Assembly (NCBI RefSeq): GCF_006345805.1
Contig: NC_043004.1
Span: 68,324,001 to 68,388,000, forward strand
DNA: 64,000 nt
From: Octopus sinensis
Taxonomy: Eukaryota
Reading direction: 5' to 3'
Part shown: piece by piece, positions 25,637 to 37,176 of the stretch
Position numbering within the stretch: the stretch's first letter is position 1
How the letters are laid out: every line of letters begins with the position of its first letter
Notes under the pieces: model-generated
What the model was told of the DNA's origin: nothing
The model's database searches: none
What the model saw: only the letters and a program-made list of their open reading frames with translations
Program-made: the position numbers and the translations under genes

Positions 25637-26427
25637 AGGAAATCCGTTGGAAAAACAAAAACAGAACAGAGGCAGGGCAAAAAACAAATCGAACTGTGCT
25701 CCTAAGAGCCCATGGCGAAACTGTTTATCAGTGTATGTTGAGAACCGGTGGCTGAAGAATTCAACAGGTCAGGCATCGGTCAACCATGTGGGTGAGGGTG
25801 TATAGATGTTCTTTGTGACCGATAATAAAGTTCTGACTATTTAAAGAATATTGGATGTTTTATAAGGGGCGAGAAAAAATCTACTTAGAGACGTGTGTGT
25901 GTGTATACTGTTCTATATATGTGTGTGTTGGCGTAGGGGTAGAAAACATTTTTTGTGTACGTGTGTGCGTTTGATCGTTCGGCTGTCAGTGGCTACTGCC
26001 GTGATAACCGTTGGGTGGCAGAAAGAAAAAAAAAATAAAGAATTATATATATATTATGTTTTATGTGTGTGTGTGTGTGTTCATCCAAGCCTGCCTTGAC
26101 AAGGAAACCCCCCGCTGTGAAAGAACAAGCCCCGTTTGTCTTACAGGAGTAATTTCCCTTGCAGTGGTTAATTGTAGATATCTTAAAATCTATTTCAGAA
26201 TTTGTTACCAAGGGCTATGGGTGCCGGTCTTGTTTATAAACGCTATTTAAAGGCCAGATAAGTGTAACGCCGCCAATGGGGGCATCGAAAAGCCGACTGT
26301 AAGAGCCCGTTTACCATCCGGCCTCTGGCAAACAAAATATGGAAGAGTTCGGAGACACAAAGGTTGCACTGTCTTCTGCCCCTATCAAATGGGAGGGCCA
26401 CCGACAAAATTGACCATTCCAGCCTAT

Positions 26428-28109
26428 GTGCCTTGATGTGCCTTGATGTGCCTATGGGTAGTTCGGATAGTGCGCAGATAGCCGATTTGGTCGGAATATA
26501 TATTCTCTACGAATTGTCCGATCAATTCCCGGAGATCGCGGGCGGCCTGTATCGTGACGATTGTCTGTTTTACCTGCAAAACACCACGAACAGAATAGTG
26601 CAGAAAACTAAGAGCAGGTTAGCTAGGTTTTTTAATAGAATGGGCATGAGTATAGTTTTTGATAACGAACTCACCAAGGCTAATTTCCTAGACGTTACAC
26701 TTAACCTTAATAGCGACTCATACTGCCCTTACCATAAGCCTTCCACTAATTTGAAGTATGTCAGTGTCTTCTCAAATCATGCCAAAACCGTAACAGACAA
26801 TTTGGTTAAAAACATCTCTCTAAGATTGTCTGGCCTGTCCGCCAGTGCCGATATTTTTATGCAGAAAGCGGATTTTTATAACGCCGCACTATCCAGGCCG
26901 GTTATAGGCAGAAGGTAATTTATATTGATCCGGCCCTTCCGATGCCATCATTCGGTCATCAGGATAGGGCCGTATATAATAACATTAACATTTTAAGTAA
27001 GGACGGGAGCGCGGCGGATACCGGGGTAGTCGCTCCCGCATTTAATTTAGCGAACAAGGATAATTATCGGTCCGGGAGGTCTTACACTAACCCAAGACCG
27101 TTATTCATCCGAGAATCACCCACCCAAATGCGAGAGCTGGCGTCCCGACCCATCACACTGATAGGAATAAGCATATATGGTTTGTAATCCCCTTTGGTAA
27201 GCAGATTAGAACTAACCTCCCCCTCATGTTTAGACAAGCCATCGCCAATAACTTCCCCAGAAATTCCAAATATTACTCCACGGTTAACTCACATAAAGTT
27301 AGGATAGCTTTCTCCAACACTAAAAACCTCGCCCAGATAATCGCCTCCCATAATAATAGGCTACTTACTAAGACCTATCACCTTTTTCCGGAGGCACAGC
27401 CTCTTCCGCTCCCGGTTTAATGCTCAGTAGGAATAATTATAGTAGTAATAATGATATGAGAGCCAGTACAGTGACACATAATCTCAGCTCCAGCCAGGGA
27501 GTACCCACGAGGGGTATAGTTATAAATAGGGGTGTTGTGGTTGATGGTAACAATGGGAGTAGGGTAGAGAGCCCCTTTAGCATCCCCAGCATCATTTCCC
27601 GCAATAGCAGTACCACGGGCAGTAGCAATGACAGCACTCTGATAGATAGTGGAGAATCAGGGGTTATTCCTATAGTTAATAGTGACGTAGTGGAAAATAG
27701 AGTAGTAAGCGGCTGCAGGTCTCGGAACGAATATAGTGACAGGAACGCAGTTCTAATTTCAGAAACCAATCCTAGCAGAGTAAGATTCACGTCGGCGAAC
27801 TCCAAGATCAAAAACGCCGTCTACCAATGCAAGGTTAACACGGACTCAGATGCCTTCACTTATATAGGGGCATCATCCTCAAGATTGTCTTTGCGTGTCT
27901 CCAACCATTACGCAACTTTTCGGGACGTGAACAAGCGCCAGACCACGGGACTCAGTAAGCTAATATGGCGACTGAAGGATGCGAACTTAAGCTATAGGCT
28001 GGAATGGTCAATTTTGTCGGTGGCCCTCCCATTTGATAGGGGCAGAAGACAGTGCAACCTTTGTGTCTCCGAACTCTTCCATATTTTGTTTGCCAGAGGC
28101 GGATGGTAA
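26428..28109 (+). pseudogene. PLE RT (C-terminal part), linker and GIY-YIG endonuclease, with three frameshifts
   Basis: RT: DVPMGSSDSAQIADLVGIYIL, GGLYRDDCL, NFLDVTLNL, PYHKP. Linker: KHIWFVIPF, KVRIAFSNTKNLAQIIASHN. EN: NAVYQCKV...TYIG...R..NH...GLSKLIWRLK...EWSIL...CNLCVSE. Confidence 0.9.
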
Positions 28110-28784
28110 ACGGGCTCTTACAGTCGGCTTTTCGATGCCCCCATTGGCGGCGTTACACTTATCTGGCCTTTAAATAGCGTTTATAAACAAGACCGGCACC
28201 CATAGCCCTTGGTAACAAATTCTGAAATAGATTTTAAGATATCTACAATTAACCACTGCAAGGGAAATTACTCCTGTAAGACAAACGGGGCTTGTTCTTT
28301 CACAGCGGGGGGTTTCCTTGTCAAGGCAGGCTTGGATGAACACACACACACACACATAAAACATAATATATATATATAATTTCTTTATTTTTTTTTCTTT
28401 CTGCCACCCAACGGTTATCACGGCAGTAGCCACTGACAGCCGAACGATCAAACGCACACACGTACACAAAAAATGTTTTCTACCCCTACGCCAACACACA
28501 CATATATAGAACAGTATACACACACACACGTCTCTAAGTAGATTTTTTCTCGCCCCTTATAAAACATCCAATATTCTTTAAATAGTCAGAACTTTATTAT
28601 CGGTCACAAAGAACATCTATACACCCTCACCCACATGGTTGACCGATGCCTGACCTGTTGAATTCTTCAGCCACCGGTTCTCAACATACACTGATAACAG
28701 TTTCGCCATGGGCTCTTAGGAGCACAGTTCGATTTGTTTTTTGCTCTGCCTCTGTTCTGTTTTTGTTTTTCCAACGGATTTCCT

Positions 28785-28877
28785 TTTTTCTTCCTGAAGA
28801 GAAAGACACAATATGGTCCCATTATTCAATCGGATTTTGGTAATTTGTGCCTTTCGAAACACGTGTAGAATGAAATA
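28785..28877 (+). ncRNA. Type I hammerhead ribozyme in the PLE 3' repeat
   Basis: CTGAAGA at 28794-28800; stem II GAAAGACACAA/TTGTGCCTTTC; GAAA at 28856; palindromic stem III ACACGTGT; GUA triplet ending at 28867; weak stem I TTTCTTC/GAATGAAA. Confidence 0.78.
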
Positions 28878-29700
28878 AAACGATTTCTGTTCAATCTGCG
28901 TTCAGCTCCATTTCTTCAATTCACCAATAATGTTTTAATTTCAATTATCCGCACCAACGCACGGTTGCAACGCCAGATGGTTGTACCTCCAACCGTGCTG
29001 TTCACTGCTGTGATTTTTGCTACTAAGGTATCGGTTAAACTTTTGATTAATCTACTACAAGATTATTCATCTTTCTATTTCACATAATATATATATATAT
29101 ATATATATATATTTGCATATATATATATATGCATATATATATCCATATGTATGTATCTGTCTACAAGTTGTAAATGCATTACTATTACTGCAAGATATAC
29201 TATTATGATGTAGGATATATATGTATATATGTATAAAATACATTAAAAGTAAATCATATTAATATACTGAATTGAATACTAACAAAAAGTATCGAAACAA
29301 CATTTATACATTCACAGCCATTTTCAAACTATATTTTTACTGAACCATGCCGGGCTAAACATTAAAAAGAATCGACAGTTTAGAAGAAATTTAGCAAAAT
29401 GTAGGCTCTAATACAAAATAGCTCATTGGCTGTCGGCAGAAATAAATGTAGTATCTACAACAGGGATGTATTTTGTTTTGTAATGGAAAGTAATGGTGAT
29501 TAGATGCATTTTTATATATTTTTTGGTTGTTTCGAGAATGTATTTTCCAGCAAATGCCTCGCTCTGAATTAGTTGTGAGATTAGTGTAAATAGGATTAGT
29601 GCTAAGCTGGTACAAATAAATAACTGATACAGTCAGGCTTCTCCTACACAAATTGGATAGAAACTTTATCACCTTATATTATGACCAGAAATACAAAGGC

Positions 29701-29763
<63 letters not shown>

Positions 29764-30677
29764 GTGTGTGCGTGCGTGTGTGTGTGTGTGTGTGTATACA
29801 GGTATACAGGTATGTATATATATGTATGTATAAGTATACATATATATATATTTGTTTGTATATGTATGTGTGATCAGGCATGCATGCATATGTTTATATA
29901 TGTGTGTGCAGAAAAAGAGAGAGATAGATTGATATATAAATGGATAGATATATGTATTTATGTATGTGTATATACATATGTATAAATGTGCATAATACAT
30001 ACGTTTGTGTTCATATATGCATATATATATATACACACACGCATGAATTTATAGTATACCCGGCCTTGCCAACGCTGGTATTTCTCTGTGAACGAAATAG
30101 AATTGTGCCTAAAGATTCTATTTTGCTATTAATTAATGTGTTAAAATTGTACGATGCCTCTTTCAGAATTTCTGCAGGTATATTTTGCCCACGCAAAGTG
30201 TATAAAGGCTGGGTTAGGGCCATGGATATCTTTTATTTGGTCGATGAATATTGATTCCTGGTCTCATCTGTACACCGTATTTGTCTGCCAGGTTAGATCT
30301 GTTAAGTTGAGATCTTTCTCGTTGTCCTCGCAATATCTGACTCAAAACTGAAGTGGATTGAAGAGGCGACACATGTGTCATTGTGTGGCAGAAATAAGTA
30401 TCATGAGAATCTTGACTATTTCAGATGTAGAATGAAGATACAATCTATATTGCATCGGATCAGTCATCATTTTCTCGCGAGCCAAGTGTAAAGCATATCT
30501 CTCTGAGTGAGAAACACGGGAAAGCGCTAAAAGGTCTTAGCGTTATAAAGGCTTTGTCAATGCTGGAAGAGTGTGATTTCATTGCGACTATTTTGCCTCA
30601 CCAGAGTAAATATTGCGTCTGCAGGTATTTTAAGAATATATTTGTTCACATATTTAGTAGATTATTTAAATTGGATG

Positions 30678-31040
30678 GATATTAGTCCTCATCTTGTTTG
30701 TTGTTAACACAACGTTTCGGTTGATATACCCACCAGCCTTCTTTAGGTGTCTTGGGGAAATGGCGTAGTGGTAAAATGCGAGGATTACTATCCCCAACAT
30801 ACCGAGTTCGATTGGAAGCAGTGACCTAGACACTAACAAGAAGAAGAAGAAGAAGAAGAAGAAGAATACCTTAGGGATGAGAACCCTAATTTCCCCAAGA
30901 CACCTGAAGAAGGCTTGAAGGGTGTATCAGCCGAAACGTCATGTTAACAAACAAGATGAGGACAAATATCCGTATAATGTAAATAACGTAAATAATGTAA
31001 ATAATGTACATAATTCCTCATCTCTTAAATATAGAACTCT
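30678..31040 (+). mobile_element. tRNA-headed, hammerhead-tailed short element with an inverted 5' copy of its tail
   Basis: Arms 30678-30761 and 30889-30970 are inverted. A box TGGCGTAGTGG at 30761; B-box-like GAGTTCGATT at 30804; (AAG)n linker; hammerhead motif at 30899-30945; 3' extension. Confidence 0.75.
30899..30945 (+). ncRNA. Minimal type I hammerhead-like motif (inverted copy at 30706-30751)
   Basis: GACAC CTGAAGA A GGCT...AGCC GAAACGTC. The inverted copy supplies stem I GACAC/GTGTT but has the core CTAAAGA. Confidence 0.6.
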
Positions 31041-32455
31041 AATATTTAGTACACTTTATTTAATCGATAAACTCAACATTAATCTTTAATATATTCAATA
31101 TCTTTATCATAGCTTATTCGGATCTTTATCTACTTCGGTTTCCACCGATTTGGATATTCACATATGTAAGTCATTTTGATCCATAGCCTTGGAGTTTATT
31201 GCATTTTTATTTTACCCTGCATAGTGAAATCTTGTTGAAGGTACCACACGGACAATGAACGTCGTGGTTTCTTAGCAATACCGAGGAGCACTTTCAGCCG
31301 TCGAGTTTCTGCTTGTTGTGCTGTGATGGTGTCAATTCTATGATAATGTAACTTCTGTGATGGCCAGGTCAAACTCTGTGCATGTGGCTCAATCTTTTAC
31401 CCGTGGCATTAACGACAAAATTCCTCTTTGTAACAATTTAAGTTTTCGATATGAGTTCCAGCATAATCGCCGGCAAATATGCATAAACAAGTCTGCTGTT
31501 AAAATTGCGCCGTTGCATTGAGATTTCTAGAGGAAAAGAGAAAAAAGAAAAGGATGAACAGTTTGAATGTAAGAATTAAAAACGAGAAAGACAGTGACAG
31601 AGAAACCGTGAAAGAATTCAAACATGTAATGAAACGGTGGAAGAGCAAGAGAGTAGTAAAACATAGATATTCAGGTCTGGTGATATCAGATCGATGCGAT
31701 AGCTGCATAAAAAGAAAGAGACGAAAACACACGCAAACAAAAAGCTTCAGAATTATATAAAATATATACGGAATATTATTCATGTGTGTATCCGTGTTTA
31801 TACCTAATCAGTATGAATGAATATATATAATGGCTGATAAAATAATACTAGTTTTCCTAGAAATATATTTCGTACACCTGCTATCGTTTGTCTGTTTTTA
31901 CATAATTACACACACATGCACGCGCACGCACACACACACACACTTGTGCCTGCAGATACTCTTGTCAGTAAATGCCGTCGTGTCTGCTTTATGGACGAGA
32001 CCGTGTCATGTTATTGTCCATAAATTTGGCACGTTCGTGAGATTGTTGAAGCAAAATACTGATCAAATAAGAAAGTTGTAATTATTTAATAGTCGTAACT
32101 CGTAGCATTATATATATGTGTATGTATGTATGTATGGTTGCAGTTTGTTAGAATTAGATAGATAAATATATTAGTTGTATGGACAGAGAATGTTGAAGTA
32201 CAGAACACCATAAAGATGCTACTCTTCAACTAACAACTAAAATATACAATGAACATAAACGATAAGCAGCACATATACACTACTGGTTTCCTTCACTTTC
32301 TGCCTACCAAATCCCCTCACAAGGTTTTGGTTGGCTTGAGGCTATAAAAGGAGTCACTTGCCGAAGTTGTTGCGAAATAGGACGAAATCCAGAACCTTGA
32401 TTTTAGGAGGCAAGGTTGTTGTCACACAGCCCCCACTGCGTCTATATATGTGTGA

Positions 32456-32502
<47 letters not shown>

Positions 32503-32599
32503 TATCTATGTATGTATGTTTGTATGTATGTATGTATGTATGTTTGTATGTATGTATGTATGTATGTATGTATGTATGTGTGAATGTATGTATGGATAT

Positions 32600-32792
32600 G
32601 TTTGTGCGTCTGTGTTTGTCACACCAACCATCGCTTGACAACCGATGCAGGTGTCTTTACATAAATTAACGGTTCGGCATAAGAGATCGATAGAATATGT
32701 ACTAGGCTTACAAAGAATAAGTACTAGGGCGATTTGTTCAACAGAAGGCGGTGCTCCAGCATGGCTCCAGTCAAATGACTGAAACAAGTAAA

Positions 32793-32795
<3 letters not shown>
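32600..32795 (+). mobile_element. Family C SINE 3' half
   Basis: CCATCGCTTGACAACCGATGCAGG...GGCGGTGCTCCAGCATGGCTCCAGTCAAATGACTGAAACAAGTAAAAG. Confidence 0.88.
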
Positions 32796-32829
<34 letters not shown>

Positions 32830-32833
<4 letters not shown>

Positions 32834-33600
32834 ACAATTGAGGGTAAAATTAATTAATCAATTTCACCAAGTGTTCAGTATGTAAAAGGACCATTTAAGG
32901 CGAATTCAAAATATTACAATATATAATTAGGGCTTAGTAAAATAAATTACTTTGCCACATACTGAACTTAGTAGAAATAGCAGCCAAAAAAAATTTTTTT
33001 AGCCATTTCCACTACTTAAAGAAAATTTCTCTCAGATAAGGTTTACTCCAGACAGCTCACGAAGGTTTGGAGGTAAATACAGAAAAATGGTGAAATTGAT
33101 TAATTAATTTTACCCTCAATTGTTGATATTATAATTCATTTCTCTCTGTCATACTGCCTCGGTTCTCGCGGTTAAAATATAATGTTTGCTAGATAGACCA
33201 CGTGGGTGGAAAAGGAGTGCAGAAATTTACGCCTGCGCATTTTGAATTTGTTGGCACTGTCAGTTGGAGCTGGTTCTTTTGAAGCGACAAGTTCGCAGAT
33301 AGGTAAGGTTCCTTCTTTTTAGTGTTTCCAAATCCAAATTAAGAAATTTTGAGCTGACGAAAAAAATGCTGATTTTACTTGGCTAATCTTGAAACGTTGA
33401 CGTACTCAAACGATCTATGTACTTGTGATATTTTTCTGTATTTACCTCCAAACCTTCGTTAGCTGTCTGGAGTAAACATTACCTGAGAGAAATTTTCTTT
33501 AAGTAGTGGGAATGGCTAAAAAAATTTTTTTTGGCTGCTATTTCTACTAAGTTCAGTATGTGGCAAAGTAATTTATTTTACTAAGCCCTAATTATATATA
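32830..33600 (+). mobile_element. Inverted-arm element with a hammerhead, inserted in (TA)n
   Basis: 32830-32869 is inverted at 33088-33127. 32910-33087 is inverted at 33430-33600. The hammerhead lies in the unique middle. Confidence 0.75.
33348..33410 (+). ncRNA. Type I hammerhead ribozyme motif
   Basis: Stem I TTTGAG/CTCAAA; CTGACGA; imperfect stem II; GAAA; stem III ACG-ttga-CGT; GUA triplet ending at 33404. Confidence 0.7.
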
Positions 33601-33604
33601 TTAT

Positions 33605-33636
<32 letters not shown>

Positions 33637-33747
33637 ATTTTTTATCTGTCTTTATATAAAAAAAGTCTTCGCATAAATTGAAATTCAAGCTAGTATGTTA
33701 TTTTAATTACAATCGTCAGTTCCATGCATGTGTGTGTGTGTGTGTGT

Positions 33748-33780
<33 letters not shown>

Positions 33781-33849
33781 CTGTGTGCGTACGTGCGGGA
33801 CTGGTGTGTATGTTTACTTCTTTATTGCCGACTAAACATAGAGGACACA

Positions 33850-34590
33850 AACAAGGATATACAAAGGGATTAAGTCGATTACATCAACCCCAGTGCGTAA
33901 ATGGTACTTAATTTATCGACCCCGAAAGGATGAATGGCAAAGTAGACCCCAGCGGAATTTGAACTGAGAACGTAACGGCAGACGAAATACCTATTTCTTT
34001 ACTACCCGCAAGGGGCTAAACACAGAGGGGACAAACATGGACAGACAAACGGATTAAGTTGATTATATCGACCACCGTGCGTAACTGGTACTTATTTAAT
34101 CGACCCTGAAAGGATGAAAGGCAATGTCGACCTCGGCGGAATTTGAACTCAGAAGGTAACGGAAGACGAAATACCTATTTCTTTACTACCCACAAGGGGC
34201 TAAACACAGAGGGGACAAACATGGACAGACAAACGGATTAAGTTGATTATATCGACCCCAGTGCGTAACTGGTACTTATTTAATCGACCCTGAAAGGATG
34301 AAAGGCAAAGTCGACCTCGACGGAATTTGAACTCAGAAGGTAACGGAAGACGAAATACCTATTTCTTTACTACCCACAAGGGGCTAAACACAGAGGGGAC
34401 AAGCATGGACAGACAAACGGATTAAGTCGATTACATCGACTCCAGTTCGTAGCTGGTACTTAATTTATCGACTCCGAAAGGATGAAAGGCAAAGTCGACC
34501 TCGACGTAATTTGAACTCAGAACGTAACGGCAGACGAAATACCGCTAAGCATTCCGCCCGGCGTTTTAACAATTCAGCCAGCTCGCCACC
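33850..34590 (-). mobile_element. Family M SINE, tetrameric (184-bp period)
   Basis: The junction CCTATTTCTTTACTACCC recurs at 33990, 34174 and 34358. A full head is present only at the 34590 end. Confidence 0.9.
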
Positions 34591-35087
34591 CTCAATGTGG
34601 TGTTTATATTTCAGTATGTGAGTGCGTGTGCGCGCACGTGTGTGTGTTTCTGTTTGTGTGCACCTGTGTGTATGTGCGATTGTATGGTGGAGAAGCAGAT
34701 TTTGGCCGAATGGCCAAATACTTTGCTTTGCAAGAACAAATCCTTGATATTTAATCCCACGGCAAGTCTCCAAGACACATTCTTTATAGCCTCGGTCTCA
34801 TCCATGACATAAAATTTGGTAAGCGAAATCTGCTTAAAACAACTTCTACTACACAGCAGTCTCACCGTGCATCACACTGGATCTGTATGGAAAGTCTGTC
34901 AAGTACACACGTGGTTGTGAAATGGTCAGTCATTTTCACGCTAATTTTGGAGCAAATTAATGCTGATCATCAAACAACAGAATGTTCCGCATTCGCAAAA
35001 ATGATCTTCCCACAGACAGACAATGAGGTAACTGGCAAAAGAGATACAGACAGACAAACAGACAGATGAACAGACAAGCGGGCAGAC

Positions 35088-35211
<124 letters not shown>

Positions 35212-36717
35212 TTGTGTGTATATATATATATATATATACGCAAGCACACATGTACATATATACATATATGTACCCATACAAACATTCAAACGTACGGTTT
35301 CTCAATTAAATGAATTTCAAATACAATTAATTATACAATCTTCTGTAGAATTTATCAATTTCTGTGTATGCCATTCAGGAAAAATATCATAAATTTGGTA
35401 TTAATGTTACTCGGTGGTTATAAAGAAATTAGCAATTTTCTCTTTGTTCTTTGCCAAATAAGTTACGAGTTTCGATTACTAGAATAATTACTACTTTATT
35501 ACTTGATTTCTATTTAAATGGGCAATATCCTTATTCATTTAAGAGTGCGCTTGAAAACTAAATCCACCTGATCTTGCCTTTGCACCTTATTTTAAGTAGC
35601 GGATATCAAATCGCATTTTACATTTTGTTTTATTTCATTTAAAACGGTTGCATTCAATCAATTACGATATTTAATTCAACTTTTATTTGACAAATAAATG
35701 TTCAAGTAAAAAATAAAATAGTGTTGTAATATTCATCGGCTTTTTGTTCTTTATTTTTGTGTGTGCGTGTGTTTTCTATTCTCAACTGCTTTGTCATTAG
35801 GATGGTTATAAATATTATGCTTTTTTGGGGAATAATTATCTTCATATCTTTTTTAATAATTAACGTAGCATTGCCCTTTATAAATGGTTGCCATTTGTAA
35901 TGTGGTAATTAAAGTGACGCTCGTTTGGTCGATATTTATGCGCACCACCTTTACACAACAACCTCCTTAATAAATTATAGCGCTACTTGTAAAATAATTA
36001 ACTCGACAATGTTAATACGGAATTGTTTTCCTATTAATATTTGAAACAATAGAGAGGCCATCTTAAATTATGTACCCACATGATAATAACGTAATTAACA
36101 TCAGTTTTGTAATTAAGCCAAACACCTGTTATTTGTGTTATTATTATTAATATCATTAATAAATGTCAGTGTTTCTAATAGCATGCGTACGGATTGCACT
36201 TTCGTGTTTCCTTAGCACTATTAAAAATATAATCAGTACAATGTCTTCTTCCTTCGTGAATTATGATCTCACGTAAGACAGTAAAATAGATTCCTGTAAT
36301 TATGTATTGTTTAAACAATTACATGCAACACAACATTCATAGCAGCTTCAGAACAATGCTGGCGTACAGCAACTAATTTATGCTGTTACATGTTTAGCAA
36401 GTATTCAAGAATTATACAGGTTTAGGCTGTAGTTCTTTCCTCATATTTTTCTGTTTACCTCAATATATTTTAGAATCATCAACATCAAAAACTGCAGTCA
36501 AGAAATGCTGACGCGAAGCCCTCCAACATTACGGTATGCGGCAAATGGTTGCTTGTAGCCAGCTAAATCACAATACAACATTCATATAAGTTTGGCTGCC
36601 AACAATCTTATCCACATTAATTATAGTTAAGGTTGACTCATAGCAAGAATGTCAACATAATAGTGTGATCTAAAGGATAACAAGTAGAAAGCTAACCAAA
36701 ATTGCAACAGGCACTGG

Positions 36718-36870
36718 AGAGGCTGTGTTGTAAGTAGGTAGCTTACCAACCACATGGTGTCCGGTTCAGTCCTACTGCGTGGTACTTTGCACAAGTCTCT
36801 TCTACTATAACCTCGGGCAGACGAAAACCTTCTGAGAGGATTTGGTATACAGAAACTGAAGAAGACCGTT
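36718..36870 (+). mobile_element. Family C SINE 5' half
   Basis: GGCTGTGTTGTAAGTAGGTAGCTTACCAACCACATGGTGTCCGGTTCAGTCCTACTGCGTGG... Confidence 0.8.
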
Positions 36871-36991
36871 GTATATATATATATATACATATGTGTGTGT
36901 GTGTTGTATGTACATAATATACATATACATATTACATATACATATACATATATATATAATATATTATATATATATCATATATATATATTAT

Positions 36992-37025
<34 letters not shown>

Positions 37026-37080
37026 ATACATATAAATATATATCATATATATATATTATATACATATATATATATACATA

Positions 37081-37156
<76 letters not shown>

Positions 37157-37176
37157 ATATATATATATATATACAC

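Larger units (their letters stand above)
25485..29086 (+). mobile_element. Penelope-like retroelement (C-terminal GIY-YIG), 5'-truncated, with an inverted 5' copy of its 3' end
   Basis: 25484-26427 is a near-identical reverse complement of 27994-28937. RT and EN coding sequence lies between. There is a ~150-bp 3' extension, and (TA)n on both flanks. Confidence 0.9.

Noticed and set aside
27437-27811. 124-aa antisense ORF in the PLE linker (and 129-aa antisense ORF at 15632-16021 in the LINE)
   Set aside because: These are shadow ORFs of the sense-strand coding or low-complexity sequence.
30011-30640. NIPAEILK string suggesting a LINE RT relic
   Set aside because: A single short motif; no further RT motifs could be recovered.
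33850-34590. Regular repeat array as a possible CRISPR
   Set aside because: The units are whole 184-bp SINE segments with no unique spacers, the context is eukaryotic, and there are no cas genes.
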